In this document: positions 29,330-38,819 of the stretch, in pieces | How the letters are laid out: each line of letters opens with the position of its first letter | Position numbering within the stretch: the first letter of the stretch is position 1 | Assembly: GCA_944332815.1 (NCBI GenBank) | Contig: CALVKQ010000004.1 | Location: forward strand, 69,319 to 133,318 | Source: an uncultured Clostridia bacterium | Lineage (GTDB): Bacteria; Bacillota; Clostridia; Christensenellales; CAG-917 | Length of the DNA stretch: 64,000 nt | Reading direction: 5' to 3' | Notes under the pieces: generated by a model | Told to the model about the DNA's origin: nothing | Databases searched by the model: none | Seen by the model: the letters and a program-made list of their open reading frames with translations, nothing else | Made by a program: the position numbers and the translations under genes

Positions 29330-30193
29330 TCAGTGTCTGGCTTCGTCGGGGTGAGGGCCGAGGCGGCCTATTCGGGATACGGCGTCGAGAGCGGCGAGGT
29401 CGTCAGCGTCGAGGGAGAAGGAAAAGACGTCGGCGTTTTCGCGTATGCGCGACGGTGTTGCGGATTTGGGGAGGGGGAGCACCCCGTGTTCCAGGCAAAA
29501 ACGCACCAGCACCTGCGCTTCCGTCCTGCCGTGTTTTTGAGCCACTGCGGCGAGGACGGGATGCCCGAAAGCCTTGCCGCGGCAGAGGGGCGCCCAGCCT
29601 TCGACGACGATGCCGTTAGCCTGCGAGAAGGCGACGGCTTCCGTTTGATCGGCGTCGGTGAAACCGAAGTGGAACTCCACCTGATTTACCATAGGAGGCA
29701 CTTTACATTCACCTAAAAGTACGTTCAAGTGTGTTTTCAGGCAATTGCACACGCCGATGGCACGCACGCGTCCGTCGGCATAAAGACGTTCGAGCGCGCG
29801 CCACGTGTCAAGGAAACGTGAGGGGTATTCCGCCTTATAGTCCTTGGTGATAGGCCAATGCACAAGGTAGAGGTCAAGGGTGTCTAGCCCGAGTTTTTTT
29901 GCGGAGGCGTCGAAGGCGGCGAGAGTGGAGTCGTAGCCTTGGTGGGTGTTCCACACTTTGGTGGTGACGAATATCTCTTCGCGCGGCAAGCCGCTTTCGG
30001 ACACGGCTTTTCCGACGCTTTCCTCGTTGAAGTAAAACTCCGCGGTGTCGATGTGGCGATAGCCTGCGGCAAGGGCGGCGAGCACGCTCTCGGTGCAGAC
30101 GTCGCCGTCGGGGGTCTTATAGGTGCCGAAGCCCACGCAGGGGATGCGCACTCCGTTAGAGAGGGTGAAGCAGTCGGTGAGAGAGTTGTGCAT
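29330..30193 (-). CDS. Aldo/keto reductase (2,5-diketo-D-gluconate reductase-like)
   Basis: FTLSNGVRIPCVGFGTYK...AGYRHIDTAEFYFNEESVG...LDLYLVHWP. Confidence 0.9.
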   Translation of the reverse strand: MHNSLTDCFTLSNGVRIPCVGFGTYKTPDGDVCTESVLAALAAGYRHIDTAEFYFNEESVGKAVSESGLPREEIFVTTKVWNTHQGYDSTLAAFDASAKKLGLDTLDLYLVHWPITKDYKAEYPSRFLDTWRALERLYADGRVRAIGVCNCLKTHLNVLLGECKVPPMVNQVEFHFGFTDADQTEAVAFSQANGIVVEGWAPLCRGKAFGHPVLAAVAQKHGRTEAQVLVRFCLEHGVLPLPKSATPSRIRENADVFSFSLDADDLAALDAVSRIGRLGPHPDEARH

Positions 30194-30201
30194 GAGTCAC
30201 C

Positions 30202-31110
30202 TCATTTTGCGGTCTTCAACCCCGGGATGGGGACGTTGATGAAGCGAGGTCTTTCCGCGCCGACGAAGAAGACTGCCAGCGCTCCGGGACCGGCGTGCGC
30301 TCCGACGAGGTAGCCCACGTTGCAAAATTCTATTTTAATATCGGGGATGGCTGCGGTTATTTTTTCCGCCAGCTGTTTTGCGCCGGCGAGGTCGTCGCCG
30401 TGCTCCACCAATATTAAGTCATTGAGTTCGGGCTTATAAAATTTGACCACCTGTTCGGTGATGGCGGAGAGGGCTTTCTTTTTGCCCATCACTTTGAGGA
30501 GGGGCATTATTTTGCCGTAGTGGTTGAGTTCGAGCAGGGGTTTTATGCCAAGCATGGTCCCCACCGCCGCTTCCAGTCGGCTCAACCTGCCGCCGCGGTA
30601 AAGGGTGTTCAGGTCCTCTACGATGAAGAAGTGGTGATAGTTCATCCTGTCCGCTTCCAGTTTATCGGCGATGGCGTCCAGGGTCATGCCGGCGTCGCGC
30701 ATTTTCAGGGCGTCGTGCACCATGAGCCCCTGACCGCCGCATCCGGAGAGGCTGTCCACCACGCGGATGCTGCCGTCGCGGTATTTCATGGTGAGTTCCT
30801 TTGCCGCGGCGGAAACGCCTGCGGCGCTGCCGCTCATGCCCGAAGAGAAGGAGATGTGCAGTATGTCGCAGCCTTCTTTGAGCAGCCGTTCGAAGGTGTG
30901 TATGGCGGCGTAGGAGGAGGTCTGCGAAGTGGACGCGACGGCTCCCGCGCGCAGTTTGTCGTAAAACTCGTGATAGGTGGGCAGTTCGCCGTCGAAATGA
31001 TCCTTTCCGTCCAGCGTGAAGGGCATGGGCAGCACTTCCACGCCGTGTGCGGCGAAGAAACCTTCCGGCATATCCGCCGCCATATCCGTGGTGATAGCTA
31101 TATTTCTCAT
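30202..31110 (-). CDS. DegV-family fatty-acid-binding protein
   Basis: MRNIAITTDMAADMP...TSQTSSY...HISFSSGMSGS matches the DegV pattern. Confidence 0.85.
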   Translation of the reverse strand: MRNIAITTDMAADMPEGFFAAHGVEVLPMPFTLDGKDHFDGELPTYHEFYDKLRAGAVASTSQTSSYAAIHTFERLLKEGCDILHISFSSGMSGSAAGVSAAAKELTMKYRDGSIRVVDSLSGCGGQGLMVHDALKMRDAGMTLDAIADKLEADRMNYHHFFIVEDLNTLYRGGRLSRLEAAVGTMLGIKPLLELNHYGKIMPLLKVMGKKKALSAITEQVVKFYKPELNDLILVEHGDDLAGAKQLAEKITAAIPDIKIEFCNVGYLVGAHAGPGALAVFFVGAERPRFINVPIPGLKTAK

Positions 31111-31241
31111 AAGCGCTCCTTTTGGGTAATGATAGCACCGCGATGCGGAATTTTCAACATCTGTCTTGCATTTGACAAAATTAGTCCTCTTCTTTCACAT
31201 TCCGTCGCGCGCCGCGTCGCGCGCAAGGTTAAACTGCGGTC

Positions 31242-31997
31242 ATGAGAAAGATAGTCGTGACTTCGGGTAAGGGGGGCGTGGGCAAGACCACCGTCACCGC
31301 TTCGCTGGGCAGATGCCTTGCGGACATGGGATATGCCGTCGTTATGGTGGACGCCGACGTCGGGCTCAACAACCTGGACGTGGTGACGGGCGTGGACAGC
31401 AGGGTGGTGTACGACATAGGCGACGTGCTGTCCGGCAAATGTCACGTTTTCCAGGCGTTGGTGCGCGACAGCGAGAGCAGTGCGCGCATACTGCCGTCCG
31501 CAGGCGGAGGAGGTGAGATGTCCGCGCAGGCGTTCAGAGGGGTGATAGACTCCGTCACCGACTGTGATTTTCTTCTCATCGACTGTCCTGCCGGCATAGA
31601 GAACGGGTTTCACAGGGCGGTTTCGGCGGCGACGGAAGCCATCGTCGTCACCACGCCGTCGGCGTCCGCCATCCGTGACGCGGACAAAGTCATCACTTTG
31701 CTTTCCGCCTATCGGTTGGAGGATGTGTCGCTTGCGGTGAACCGTCTGCGCCCGGATATGGCGGCGCGCGGAGAAATGATGGACGCGGAGGATATCGCGA
31801 GGCTGCTGCATACGCCGGCGATAGGCGTCATCCCCGAGGACGATTGCATCACCATATACCAGCAACTGGGGCGCGTGCCTTCGTTCGCGCTCTCGGAAAA
31901 GGCTTTCCTGCTGTTTGCGGATAACGTGGCGAACCGCACGAAAAAATGCGCCGAACTGCGCATGACGGGCAGAAGGAGGAGAAGGAGATGGCTGTAA
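31242..31997 (+). CDS. minD: Septum site-determining ATPase MinD
   Basis: MRKIVVTSGKGGVGKTTVTASLGRCLADMGYAVVMVDADVGLNNLD has the deviant Walker A. Confidence 0.85.
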   Translation: MRKIVVTSGKGGVGKTTVTASLGRCLADMGYAVVMVDADVGLNNLDVVTGVDSRVVYDIGDVLSGKCHVFQALVRDSESSARILPSAGGGGEMSAQAFRGVIDSVTDCDFLLIDCPAGIENGFHRAVSAATEAIVVTTPSASAIRDADKVITLLSAYRLEDVSLAVNRLRPDMAARGEMMDAEDIARLLHTPAIGVIPEDDCITIYQQLGRVPSFALSEKAFLLFADNVANRTKKCAELRMTGRRRRRRWL

Positions 31998-32254
31998 GAC
32001 CTGCAAGGCTCATGGAAGAGAGGATGAAAGAGATGTTGCTGCGCGACAAGGCGTCCGTGAACGCAGGGTTCGTGTCCGCGCTCACGAGCGACCTCGCGCG
32101 CGTTGCGGAGGACTACTTCGTCTGCCCGGGCAGGGCGGAGGTCACGTTGGAGCGGACGGAGGACGGCTCCGTTCTGGTGGGGATATCCTTTTCGGCGCGC
32201 GGCGTCAAAGCCTTTGCCACCACGGAGGAACTGCCCGTGCCCGAAACGGAATAA
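31988..32254 (+). CDS. minE: Probable cell-division topological specificity factor MinE
   Basis: MAVRPARLMEERMKEMLLRDKASV...AEVTLERTEDGSVLVGISF resembles clostridial MinE (ERLK..L..D.., then a beta-hairpin domain). It overlaps the minD stop and has RBS ggaggagaaggag. Confidence 0.6.
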   Translation: MAVRPARLMEERMKEMLLRDKASVNAGFVSALTSDLARVAEDYFVCPGRAEVTLERTEDGSVLVGISFSARGVKAFATTEELPVPETE

Positions 32255-32294
32255 TTTTCTCGCCGCCCGAATAGGTTTTAAGGCGAGGTGAATC

Positions 32295-32555
32295 ATGGAG
32301 TTTGACCAAACCAAAAAAATCGAAGTCGAAGTCAGCGAAAACGTCATAGCCGAAAACGAGGTCGGAGTGCGCAGGGAGAAAAAGTCCGGGGTGCGTTCCT
32401 TCCTGAAAAAGGTGGATCCTCTCGATCTCGCACTGGTGCCCGTGGTGATAGGGGTGTTCATCTCACTGGGCTTCCTGTTCGCCGGGCTGCTCGGGCAGAG
32501 CTCCGTCAGCGCGGCGGTATCCGAGGTGGGACAGGCGGCGGCTGCCGTGCTGTGA
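32295..32555 (+). CDS. Small single-pass membrane protein, translationally coupled to the M50 protease gene
   Basis: 86 aa with TM segment LALVPVVIGVFISLGFLFAGLL. Its stop overlaps the next start (ATG at 32552, TGA at 32553..32555). Confidence 0.55.
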   Translation: MEFDQTKKIEVEVSENVIAENEVGVRREKKSGVRSFLKKVDPLDLALVPVVIGVFISLGFLFAGLLGQSSVSAAVSEVGQAAAAVL

Positions 32556-33496
32556 TGCGCATCTCCGTCCATCCGCTCTTTTACGCGCTTGCCGTGCTGC
32601 TCGTGTTGTTCGGGCAGGCGGCGGCGTTCGTCTGGACTTTTGTCGCCGTATGCCTGCACGAACTGGGGCACGCGGCGGCGGCGCGTCTTCGCGGTTACGT
32701 CCCAAAGACGCTCACTCTCATGCCGTACGGCGCGATGATGAGTGCGGAGGAAGAGATGGACGGGCGCTCCTGCGTGCTGGTGGGGCTCGCCGGTCCTGCC
32801 GCCAATCTGCTTTGCGCCGCCCTGATACTCGCGTTGTGGTGGGTCTTTCCTGCCGCATATCCTTTCACGCGCGTGTTTTTGGCAGCCAATCTCGCGATCG
32901 CGCTTTTCAATCTGCTCCCCGTCTATCCGCTGGACGGTTCCAGAGTGCTGACGGGGCTTGCGTCCAACCGCATGAAAGCCGTTAAACGTATGCAGGCGGC
33001 AGGCATCGCGGTGAGCGTGGCGCTCTTTGTCCTGTTCATCATTTCCTTCATCATGAAAGCCGCCGCGTTTACCCTCGGGATAACGGCGGTATTCCTGTTT
33101 TCGGGGGCGGCGTTCGGGGCGAAGCGCGACACCTATGCGAGCGTGCTCGCGGCAGGTTGCAAAAACTACCGCGCAGGCGTGTGCGAACGGAGCGTGATAG
33201 TGAGTGCGGACACCCCTCTCGTCAGATTGTTCGGGTACGTGGACGGGCGCAACGTCACGCGTTTCAGAGTGGTGGAGGAACACGCCGACGGCGCCCCTCC
33301 CGACGAGGTATGCGTGCTCACGGAAGGAGAATTGCGCGGCATCGCGAAAGAGGGCAGACTTTCGCGCACCTTGCGCGAATGCGTCGCGGCAGGGAAGGGC
33401 TCCTCGCCCGAACTCCCTCCGTCCGCCATCTCCCTTTCCGAAAACGATGGCGGAGCGAACGATGCCGACCATGTCCGGCATGCCAGACCGAAATAA
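32552..33496 (+). CDS. M50 site-2 metalloprotease, SpoIVFB-like
   Basis: HExxH (LHELGHAAAA) and the NLLPVYPLDGSRV motif. Its position downstream of min genes matches Bacillus/Clostridium spoIVF. The last 5 codons and the stop lie inside the MITE-like element. Confidence 0.8.
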   Translation: MMRISVHPLFYALAVLLVLFGQAAAFVWTFVAVCLHELGHAAAARLRGYVPKTLTLMPYGAMMSAEEEMDGRSCVLVGLAGPAANLLCAALILALWWVFPAAYPFTRVFLAANLAIALFNLLPVYPLDGSRVLTGLASNRMKAVKRMQAAGIAVSVALFVLFIISFIMKAAAFTLGITAVFLFSGAAFGAKRDTYASVLAAGCKNYRAGVCERSVIVSADTPLVRLFGYVDGRNVTRFRVVEEHADGAPPDEVCVLTEGELRGIAKEGRLSRTLRECVAAGKGSSPELPPSAISLSENDGGANDADHVRHARPK

Positions 33497-33760
33497 TACG
33501 AACCAGGTTCAGCGCCGCCGATTTCCGCCTGAACCGCGTCATTCGCCTTGCTAATACAGTCAAGTATTAGCTGCAGCGACTTCCTTGCTCAGCCAAAAAT
33601 CGGCGGGCGCGGAACTGCTCGCACCTCAGAGCAAAAGATTTTCGGATGATGTTGCACGGGCGGAACGCAGGCAATAGTATATATATTGGCAAGGTTCGGC
33701 TGTGCAAAAGCGCCGAAAAGAATTGCTCCGAGGCTGGTTCGTATTATTCCGGTCTGGCAT
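33480..33760 (+). mobile_element. MITE-like non-autonomous element, copy 2 (281 bp)
   Basis: ATGCCAGACCGAAATAATACGAACC ... GGTTCGTATTATTCCGGTCTGGCAT; co-linear with 10814..11093. Confidence 0.7.
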
Positions 33761-33810
33761 TGGGGAAAAGCAGTAAAACCGAGGGGAAAAACACGCCGTT
33801 TTCGACACGG

Positions 33811-33839
33811 TTGACAGAGTTATATATTTGTTTTAGAAT
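33811..33839 (+). promoter_or_regulatory. Sigma-70-type promoter for the glucokinase gene
   Basis: TTGACA (33811..33816), 17-nt spacer, TAGAAT (33834..33839). Confidence 0.55.
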
Positions 33840-33889
33840 ATCCCGTGCAAGAGTGTGCGCGGCGCGCGCACGCGGCAGGGAGGACGTGT

Positions 33890-34840
33890 ATGCTTTACAT
33901 AGGCGTTGACATAGGCGGCATGAGCGTCAAAGCCGGTCTGGTGGACGAAAAAGGGAAGATCCTCTTGAAAGACACCGTCGTCACCAGGGCATCCGCACCG
34001 GCGGAGGAGATAGTCGCGGACATCGCGGCGCTCGTGCGTTCGGTGGCGGAACGCGGCGGAGCGGAACTTTCCTCGCTCGGCGGCATAGGCGTGGGCTCTC
34101 CCGGGTCGGTGGACGACGCGGAAGGCGTGATACGTTACAGCTGCAACATCAATTTTGTCAAGACTCCGTTCGTCAGGCTGCTGAGCGATATGCTGGGCGT
34201 GAAAAACGTCAGGATAAGCAATGACGCCAACTGCGCGGCGCTGGGCGAAACCATGTTCGGAGCCGGGCGCGGCGCGCGCAACAGCGTCACGGTCACGCTG
34301 GGCACGGGCGTGGGCACGGGCATAGTCGCAGACGGCAGACTGCTCACGGGCAACAGGTCGGCAGGCGCGGAGGGCGGACACGTCATCATCAAAGCCGGCG
34401 GCGAAGTGTGCGGCTGCGGCAAGAGAGGCTGCTTTGAGGCGTATGCCTCCGCAACGGCGCTCATGCGTCAGACGGCAAGAGCCGCGGAACGTCACCCCGA
34501 CAGCCTGCTCGCTCGCCTTGCCAAGGAGCAGGGTATAGACGGAAAAACCGCGTTTATCGCTGCAAAACAAGGGGATAAAGTCGCAAAACGTGTGGTTTCG
34601 ACTTATATCCGTTATGTCGGGACGGGGCTCGTCGGATTTGCGAACGTGTTCTATCCCGAGGTGTTCATAATAGGCGGAGGCATCTCCAAAGAGGGGGACG
34701 CGCTCATCCTGCCATTGCGTCGTTTCGTGCGCAGGAATGCCTATGGTGCGGAGTTCAATCCGCCCATCGACGTGGTGGCTGCTACTCTAGGCAACGATGC
34801 CGGCGTCATAGGCGCCGCCGCGCTCGTTATGGAGCGTTGA
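33890..34840 (+). CDS. glk: ROK-family glucokinase
   Basis: MLYIGVDIGGMSVKAGLVDEKG... and the Zn motif GGHVIIKAGGEVCGCGKRGCFEAYAS. Confidence 0.88.
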   Translation: MLYIGVDIGGMSVKAGLVDEKGKILLKDTVVTRASAPAEEIVADIAALVRSVAERGGAELSSLGGIGVGSPGSVDDAEGVIRYSCNINFVKTPFVRLLSDMLGVKNVRISNDANCAALGETMFGAGRGARNSVTVTLGTGVGTGIVADGRLLTGNRSAGAEGGHVIIKAGGEVCGCGKRGCFEAYASATALMRQTARAAERHPDSLLARLAKEQGIDGKTAFIAAKQGDKVAKRVVSTYIRYVGTGLVGFANVFYPEVFIIGGGISKEGDALILPLRRFVRRNAYGAEFNPPIDVVAATLGNDAGVIGAAALVMER

Positions 34841-34857
34841 ACGCCGAATAACTTTTG

Positions 34858-36624
34858 ATGGAAAATTTAAGGAATAGATTGCTCCCCCTGCTTTCGCGGG
34901 CGGAGAAGCCCTCCCGTTATACGGGCGGAGAGTGGAACGCCGTCGTCAAAGAGCATCCGCGCGCGCGTTTCTGCCTCTGTTTTCCCGACCTTTACGAGAT
35001 AGGCATGAGCAACCTCGGGATGCAGATCTTGTACTCCGAGATAAACTCGCATGAGGATCTTGCGTGCGAGCGCTGTTACGCCCCTGCGGAGGATATGGCT
35101 GCGCTGTTGCGCGAAGCCGCTCTGCCGCTCACTTCCCTTGAAAGCGCGATCCCTCTCAAAGATTTTGACGTACTGGGATTTTCCGTACAGTTCGAGCTGC
35201 TTTACACGGGCATATTGTATATGCTGGACCTTGCAGGCATCCCCTTCCGCGCCGCGGACAGAGGGGAGGAGTGGCCCATACTGCTCGCAGGCGGACCCTG
35301 CGCCGTCAATCCCGAACCCTATGCCGACTTTTTCGATTGCGTGGTCATAGGCGAAGGTGAGGGCGTGGACGTCGCCGTACTGGAACTCGCGGCGGAGGGC
35401 AGAGAGAAGGGGTGGAGCAAGCGCGAGATATTGGCGCGCGCCTCGCGGCTCACGGGCGTTTACGTGCCTTCCGTTCACAAAGAGGGCGAGAAGGTGGTCA
35501 AGGCGGTGTTCCGCGATTTCGAACACGCTCCCTATCCCGTCCGTCCCGTCGTCGCCAACACGGAAGCCGTGCACGACCGCGCGGTCATAGAGCTGTACCG
35601 CGGCTGTGCCAGCGGATGCCGCTTCTGTCAGGCAGGTTACTATTACCGCCCCATACGCGAGCGTTCCCCCGAGAAGTGCGCCGAGCAGGCGAAGGAGATA
35701 GTGCGGAACACCGGGCACGGCGAGATAGCCATGTGCTCGCTGTCCACGGGGGATTATACCGGGCTGCACGCGCTCATGGACGGACTGCGCGGTTTCGTGC
35801 ACGAAAACAAAGTGAACCTTTCGCTGCCCAGCCTCAGGCTCTCCTCATTCAGCGGCGACATCGCCCAGGAGTCGCGCAGGAGCTCGTTGACTTTCGCGCC
35901 GGAAGCAGGCACGCAGCGGCTGCGCAACGTGATCAACAAAAACGTGACGGACGAGGAGATAGACAACATCGCCCGAGCTTTCGAAGTGGGCTATGACAGC
36001 GTGAAATTATATTTCATGCTCGGGCTCCCCACCGAAACGGACGAGGACATAGCAGGTATAGCCGCCATCTGCGCGCGGCTGCGCGAACTTTACTACAAGA
36101 CGCGCGGCAAACGCGGTCCCAACATCTCCGTGTCCTGCGCGGTGTTCATCCCCAAACCCTGCACTCCCTTCCAGTGGGAGGCGCAGATAAGTTTTTCCGA
36201 GATGCTCCGCAAGCAGAATTATCTGCGCGGACTGCTCCGCCGCATAAAGGGAGTGACCTTCTCCTGGCACGGTGCGGAGTCGTCCGTGTTGGAGGCGGCT
36301 CTCGCGCGCGGCGACAGGCGGCTGTCCTATGTCATAGAGCGCGCTTACGCTTTGGGCGCCAAGTTCGACAGCTGGTCGGAGAAGTTCGATTGGGAGGCGT
36401 GGCAGCGCGCTTTCGCGGACGAGGGCATTGATATGGAGGAGTACACCGGCGAGTGGGACACTGCTGCGGAACTGCCGTGGGATTTCATCGACACCGGCGT
36501 GACCAAGCGTTATCTGCTCGCGCAGCGCAAGCTGGCTTACGAGGGCGTGACCACCCGTTCGTGCAGAGAAGGGTGCAACGGCTGCGGCGCAAACAAACTG
36601 GGGAGGTGCACGATAGAATGGTGA
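34858..36624 (+). CDS. B12-binding-like radical SAM protein (TIGR03960-type)
   Basis: CxxxCxxC cluster CASGCRFCQAG. The size and its pairing with the following DUF2344-type gene are characteristic. Confidence 0.8.
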   Translation: MENLRNRLLPLLSRAEKPSRYTGGEWNAVVKEHPRARFCLCFPDLYEIGMSNLGMQILYSEINSHEDLACERCYAPAEDMAALLREAALPLTSLESAIPLKDFDVLGFSVQFELLYTGILYMLDLAGIPFRAADRGEEWPILLAGGPCAVNPEPYADFFDCVVIGEGEGVDVAVLELAAEGREKGWSKREILARASRLTGVYVPSVHKEGEKVVKAVFRDFEHAPYPVRPVVANTEAVHDRAVIELYRGCASGCRFCQAGYYYRPIRERSPEKCAEQAKEIVRNTGHGEIAMCSLSTGDYTGLHALMDGLRGFVHENKVNLSLPSLRLSSFSGDIAQESRRSSLTFAPEAGTQRLRNVINKNVTDEEIDNIARAFEVGYDSVKLYFMLGLPTETDEDIAGIAAICARLRELYYKTRGKRGPNISVSCAVFIPKPCTPFQWEAQISFSEMLRKQNYLRGLLRRIKGVTFSWHGAESSVLEAALARGDRRLSYVIERAYALGAKFDSWSEKFDWEAWQRAFADEGIDMEEYTGEWDTAAELPWDFIDTGVTKRYLLAQRKLAYEGVTTRSCREGCNGCGANKLGRCTIEW

Positions 36625-37271
36625 TCCTGCGTTATTCAAGGCTCGGGACCAGACGTTTCGTGTCCCATATAGACGTGCTGCGCGACTTTGCCAGGATAGT
36701 CAGGCGCGCGGACATCCCCGTGGCGTATTCGGGGGGCTTCAACCCTCACGCATTATTGTTTTTCGCGCCGCCCACTCCCGTCGGGATAGGCTCTGTGGCG
36801 GAGTATGTGGCGATCGACACCCCTCTTTCTCCCGAGGAAGTCATGGCGGCTTTCAACTCCGCGGTGACGGAGGAGATGCGCGCGACGGAGGCGTTTTCGA
36901 CAGCGCGCAACCCCAATCTCGCAGGCAGGATATGCGCCGCGGAGTACGTCTTTCCCTTTGCCGCCGATGCCTACGACTTTTCGCGTGGGCTCACGCTCGA
37001 CTACATGAAAAAGGGTGAGCGCGTCACGGAGAGCGCCGGGGACAGGATATTGTCCGTCGGAGAGAGGGAGGGCAGACTGCTGCTCACTCTCGCGTGCGGC
37101 AACGTGACTTTGCGCGCAGACAGGGTGTTCGACGCGCTCAAAAGGGAGCTCGTGGCGGCGGCGGACGTCAGCGACGTGATGAAGACGGAGCAGTTCATCC
37201 GAGCGGATGTCGGGCTGCTCGCGGTCAAAGCGGCGCTCGCGGCGGAAAACGCCGCACAAGTCGGAAAATAA
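36618..37271 (+). CDS. Radical-SAM-associated protein (TIGR03936/DUF2344-type)
   Basis: MVILRYSRLGTRRFVSHIDVLRDFARIVRRADIPVAYSGGFNPH; it overlaps the upstream stop. Confidence 0.8.
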   Translation: MVILRYSRLGTRRFVSHIDVLRDFARIVRRADIPVAYSGGFNPHALLFFAPPTPVGIGSVAEYVAIDTPLSPEEVMAAFNSAVTEEMRATEAFSTARNPNLAGRICAAEYVFPFAADAYDFSRGLTLDYMKKGERVTESAGDRILSVGEREGRLLLTLACGNVTLRADRVFDALKRELVAAADVSDVMKTEQFIRADVGLLAVKAALAAENAAQVGK

Positions 37272-37289
37272 TTTTTTTACGGTATAGAT

Positions 37290-38729
37290 ATGAAACGTCT
37301 TTTCATCGATTACAATCCGTACTTCGTCAGAGCGGCGCTCGCGGAGGACGGAGAGCTCGTCGAATTCGGCGTGGAACACGTCACCGAACGCAGCCACGTC
37401 GGCAACATCTACAAGGGCAAAGTGGAGAATGTGCTGGACGGCATGAAGGCGGCGTTCGTCAACATCGGCTTGGAGCGCAACGGGTTCCTGTATGTCGGCG
37501 ACATGCCTCGTGAGGCAGGAAAAGTTTCCCCCGGCGACATAGTGATGTGTCAGGTCGTAAAAGAGCAGATGGGCGCAAAAGGAGCGCGGCTCACCACCGA
37601 CGTCACCCTGCCCGGCTATACGGTCGTGTTGTTGCCGACGGGAGGGTTCAGAGGGGTTTCGCGCAAGATCGAAGACGAGAACGCGCGTGCACATCTCGAA
37701 GAACTGCTTTCCTCCGTCTGTCCGCAGAACATGGGGTTTATCGTGCGTTCTGCGGCGATAAAAGTCCCCGATGAGAAAATAATCGCCGAATTCGAGTCGC
37801 TTGTGGCGATGTGGGAACGCGTGCGCGAACGCTACGAGCGTTCCGCCCCCGGGGCTGTCATTTTCAGGGAGGCGCAGCTGCTCGAACGCATCATCCGCGA
37901 CAACTTTTCCGAGCAGGTGGACAAGATAGTCGTCAACGAACCTTTCCTCGCGGAGAGGCTTGCGGAGAGGATGCGCGACGTTGAGGTGGAGTACTATTCA
38001 GGGCAGCGCAACATCTTCCGCCATTACGGGCTTTCCGCGCAGATAGACAAACTTGCGGACAGGAAGGTGACCATAGAAGGGGGCGCGTACCTTGTCATCG
38101 ACCGCACGGAAGCGCTCACCGTCATCGACGTCAACACGGGCAGGTTCGTGGGCAGCAACGACCTCGAAGACACCGTTTACAAGACCAATCTCGCCGCGGC
38201 GTCCGAAGTGGCAAGGCAGCTGCGCGTCAGAAACATCAGCGGTATAGTCATCGTGGACTTTATCGATATGCAGTCGGATGCGCATAAGCGCGCCGTCGTG
38301 GATAAACTCAAAGAGGAACTGCGTAAGGACCGCCTCAAAACTTCCGCCGTTTGCATGACGGGGTTGGGGCTCGTGGAACTGACGCGCAAGCGCACGCGGT
38401 TGTCCGCGGACACTTTCATGCTGGACGAGTGCGAGCATTGCGCAGGCGGATACGTCATGTCGGCTACGCATCTGGCGCTAAAACTCCGCGACGATATGAT
38501 CGATCATTCCATGGCGCACGAGTGCCCGTCGATGATAGTCAGGGTGAACCCAGTCATCATGGAACATATGTTCCGTTTCAGGATACTTGCGCGCGAGGTC
38601 GCAGGGATATGGAAGGGAAAGAGGGTGTACCTCATCCCCGACCTCACTCTCCCTCGCGACGGCGCGGTCATCGAGGGCAGTTCGGAGAAGGTGCTCACGC
38701 TGCCTCCCGAGGCGAGGCTGGCATATTGA
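37290..38729 (+). CDS. rng: Rne/Rng-family ribonuclease (RNase G-like)
   Basis: S1 domain VGNIYKGKVENVLDGMKAAFVNIG and catalytic region GIVIVDFIDM. Confidence 0.88.
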   Translation: MKRLFIDYNPYFVRAALAEDGELVEFGVEHVTERSHVGNIYKGKVENVLDGMKAAFVNIGLERNGFLYVGDMPREAGKVSPGDIVMCQVVKEQMGAKGARLTTDVTLPGYTVVLLPTGGFRGVSRKIEDENARAHLEELLSSVCPQNMGFIVRSAAIKVPDEKIIAEFESLVAMWERVRERYERSAPGAVIFREAQLLERIIRDNFSEQVDKIVVNEPFLAERLAERMRDVEVEYYSGQRNIFRHYGLSAQIDKLADRKVTIEGGAYLVIDRTEALTVIDVNTGRFVGSNDLEDTVYKTNLAAASEVARQLRVRNISGIVIVDFIDMQSDAHKRAVVDKLKEELRKDRLKTSAVCMTGLGLVELTRKRTRLSADTFMLDECEHCAGGYVMSATHLALKLRDDMIDHSMAHECPSMIVRVNPVIMEHMFRFRILAREVAGIWKGKRVYLIPDLTLPRDGAVIEGSSEKVLTLPPEARLAY

Positions 38730-38819
38730 CAATGTGGGAAGACGCAACAGGGCTTGCGGTTTGCGGCGCGATGTGCTATCATCATTGCGTCGGCATTGCC
38801 GCATAATAAGGGGTGGAGC

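Noticed and set aside
31107-33481. Long minus-strand ORFs 31107..32006 and 31709..33481 opposite the minD/minE/M50 genes.
   Set aside because: They are antisense shadows. The plus-strand genes carry the deviant Walker A, HExxH and NxxPxxxLDG motifs.
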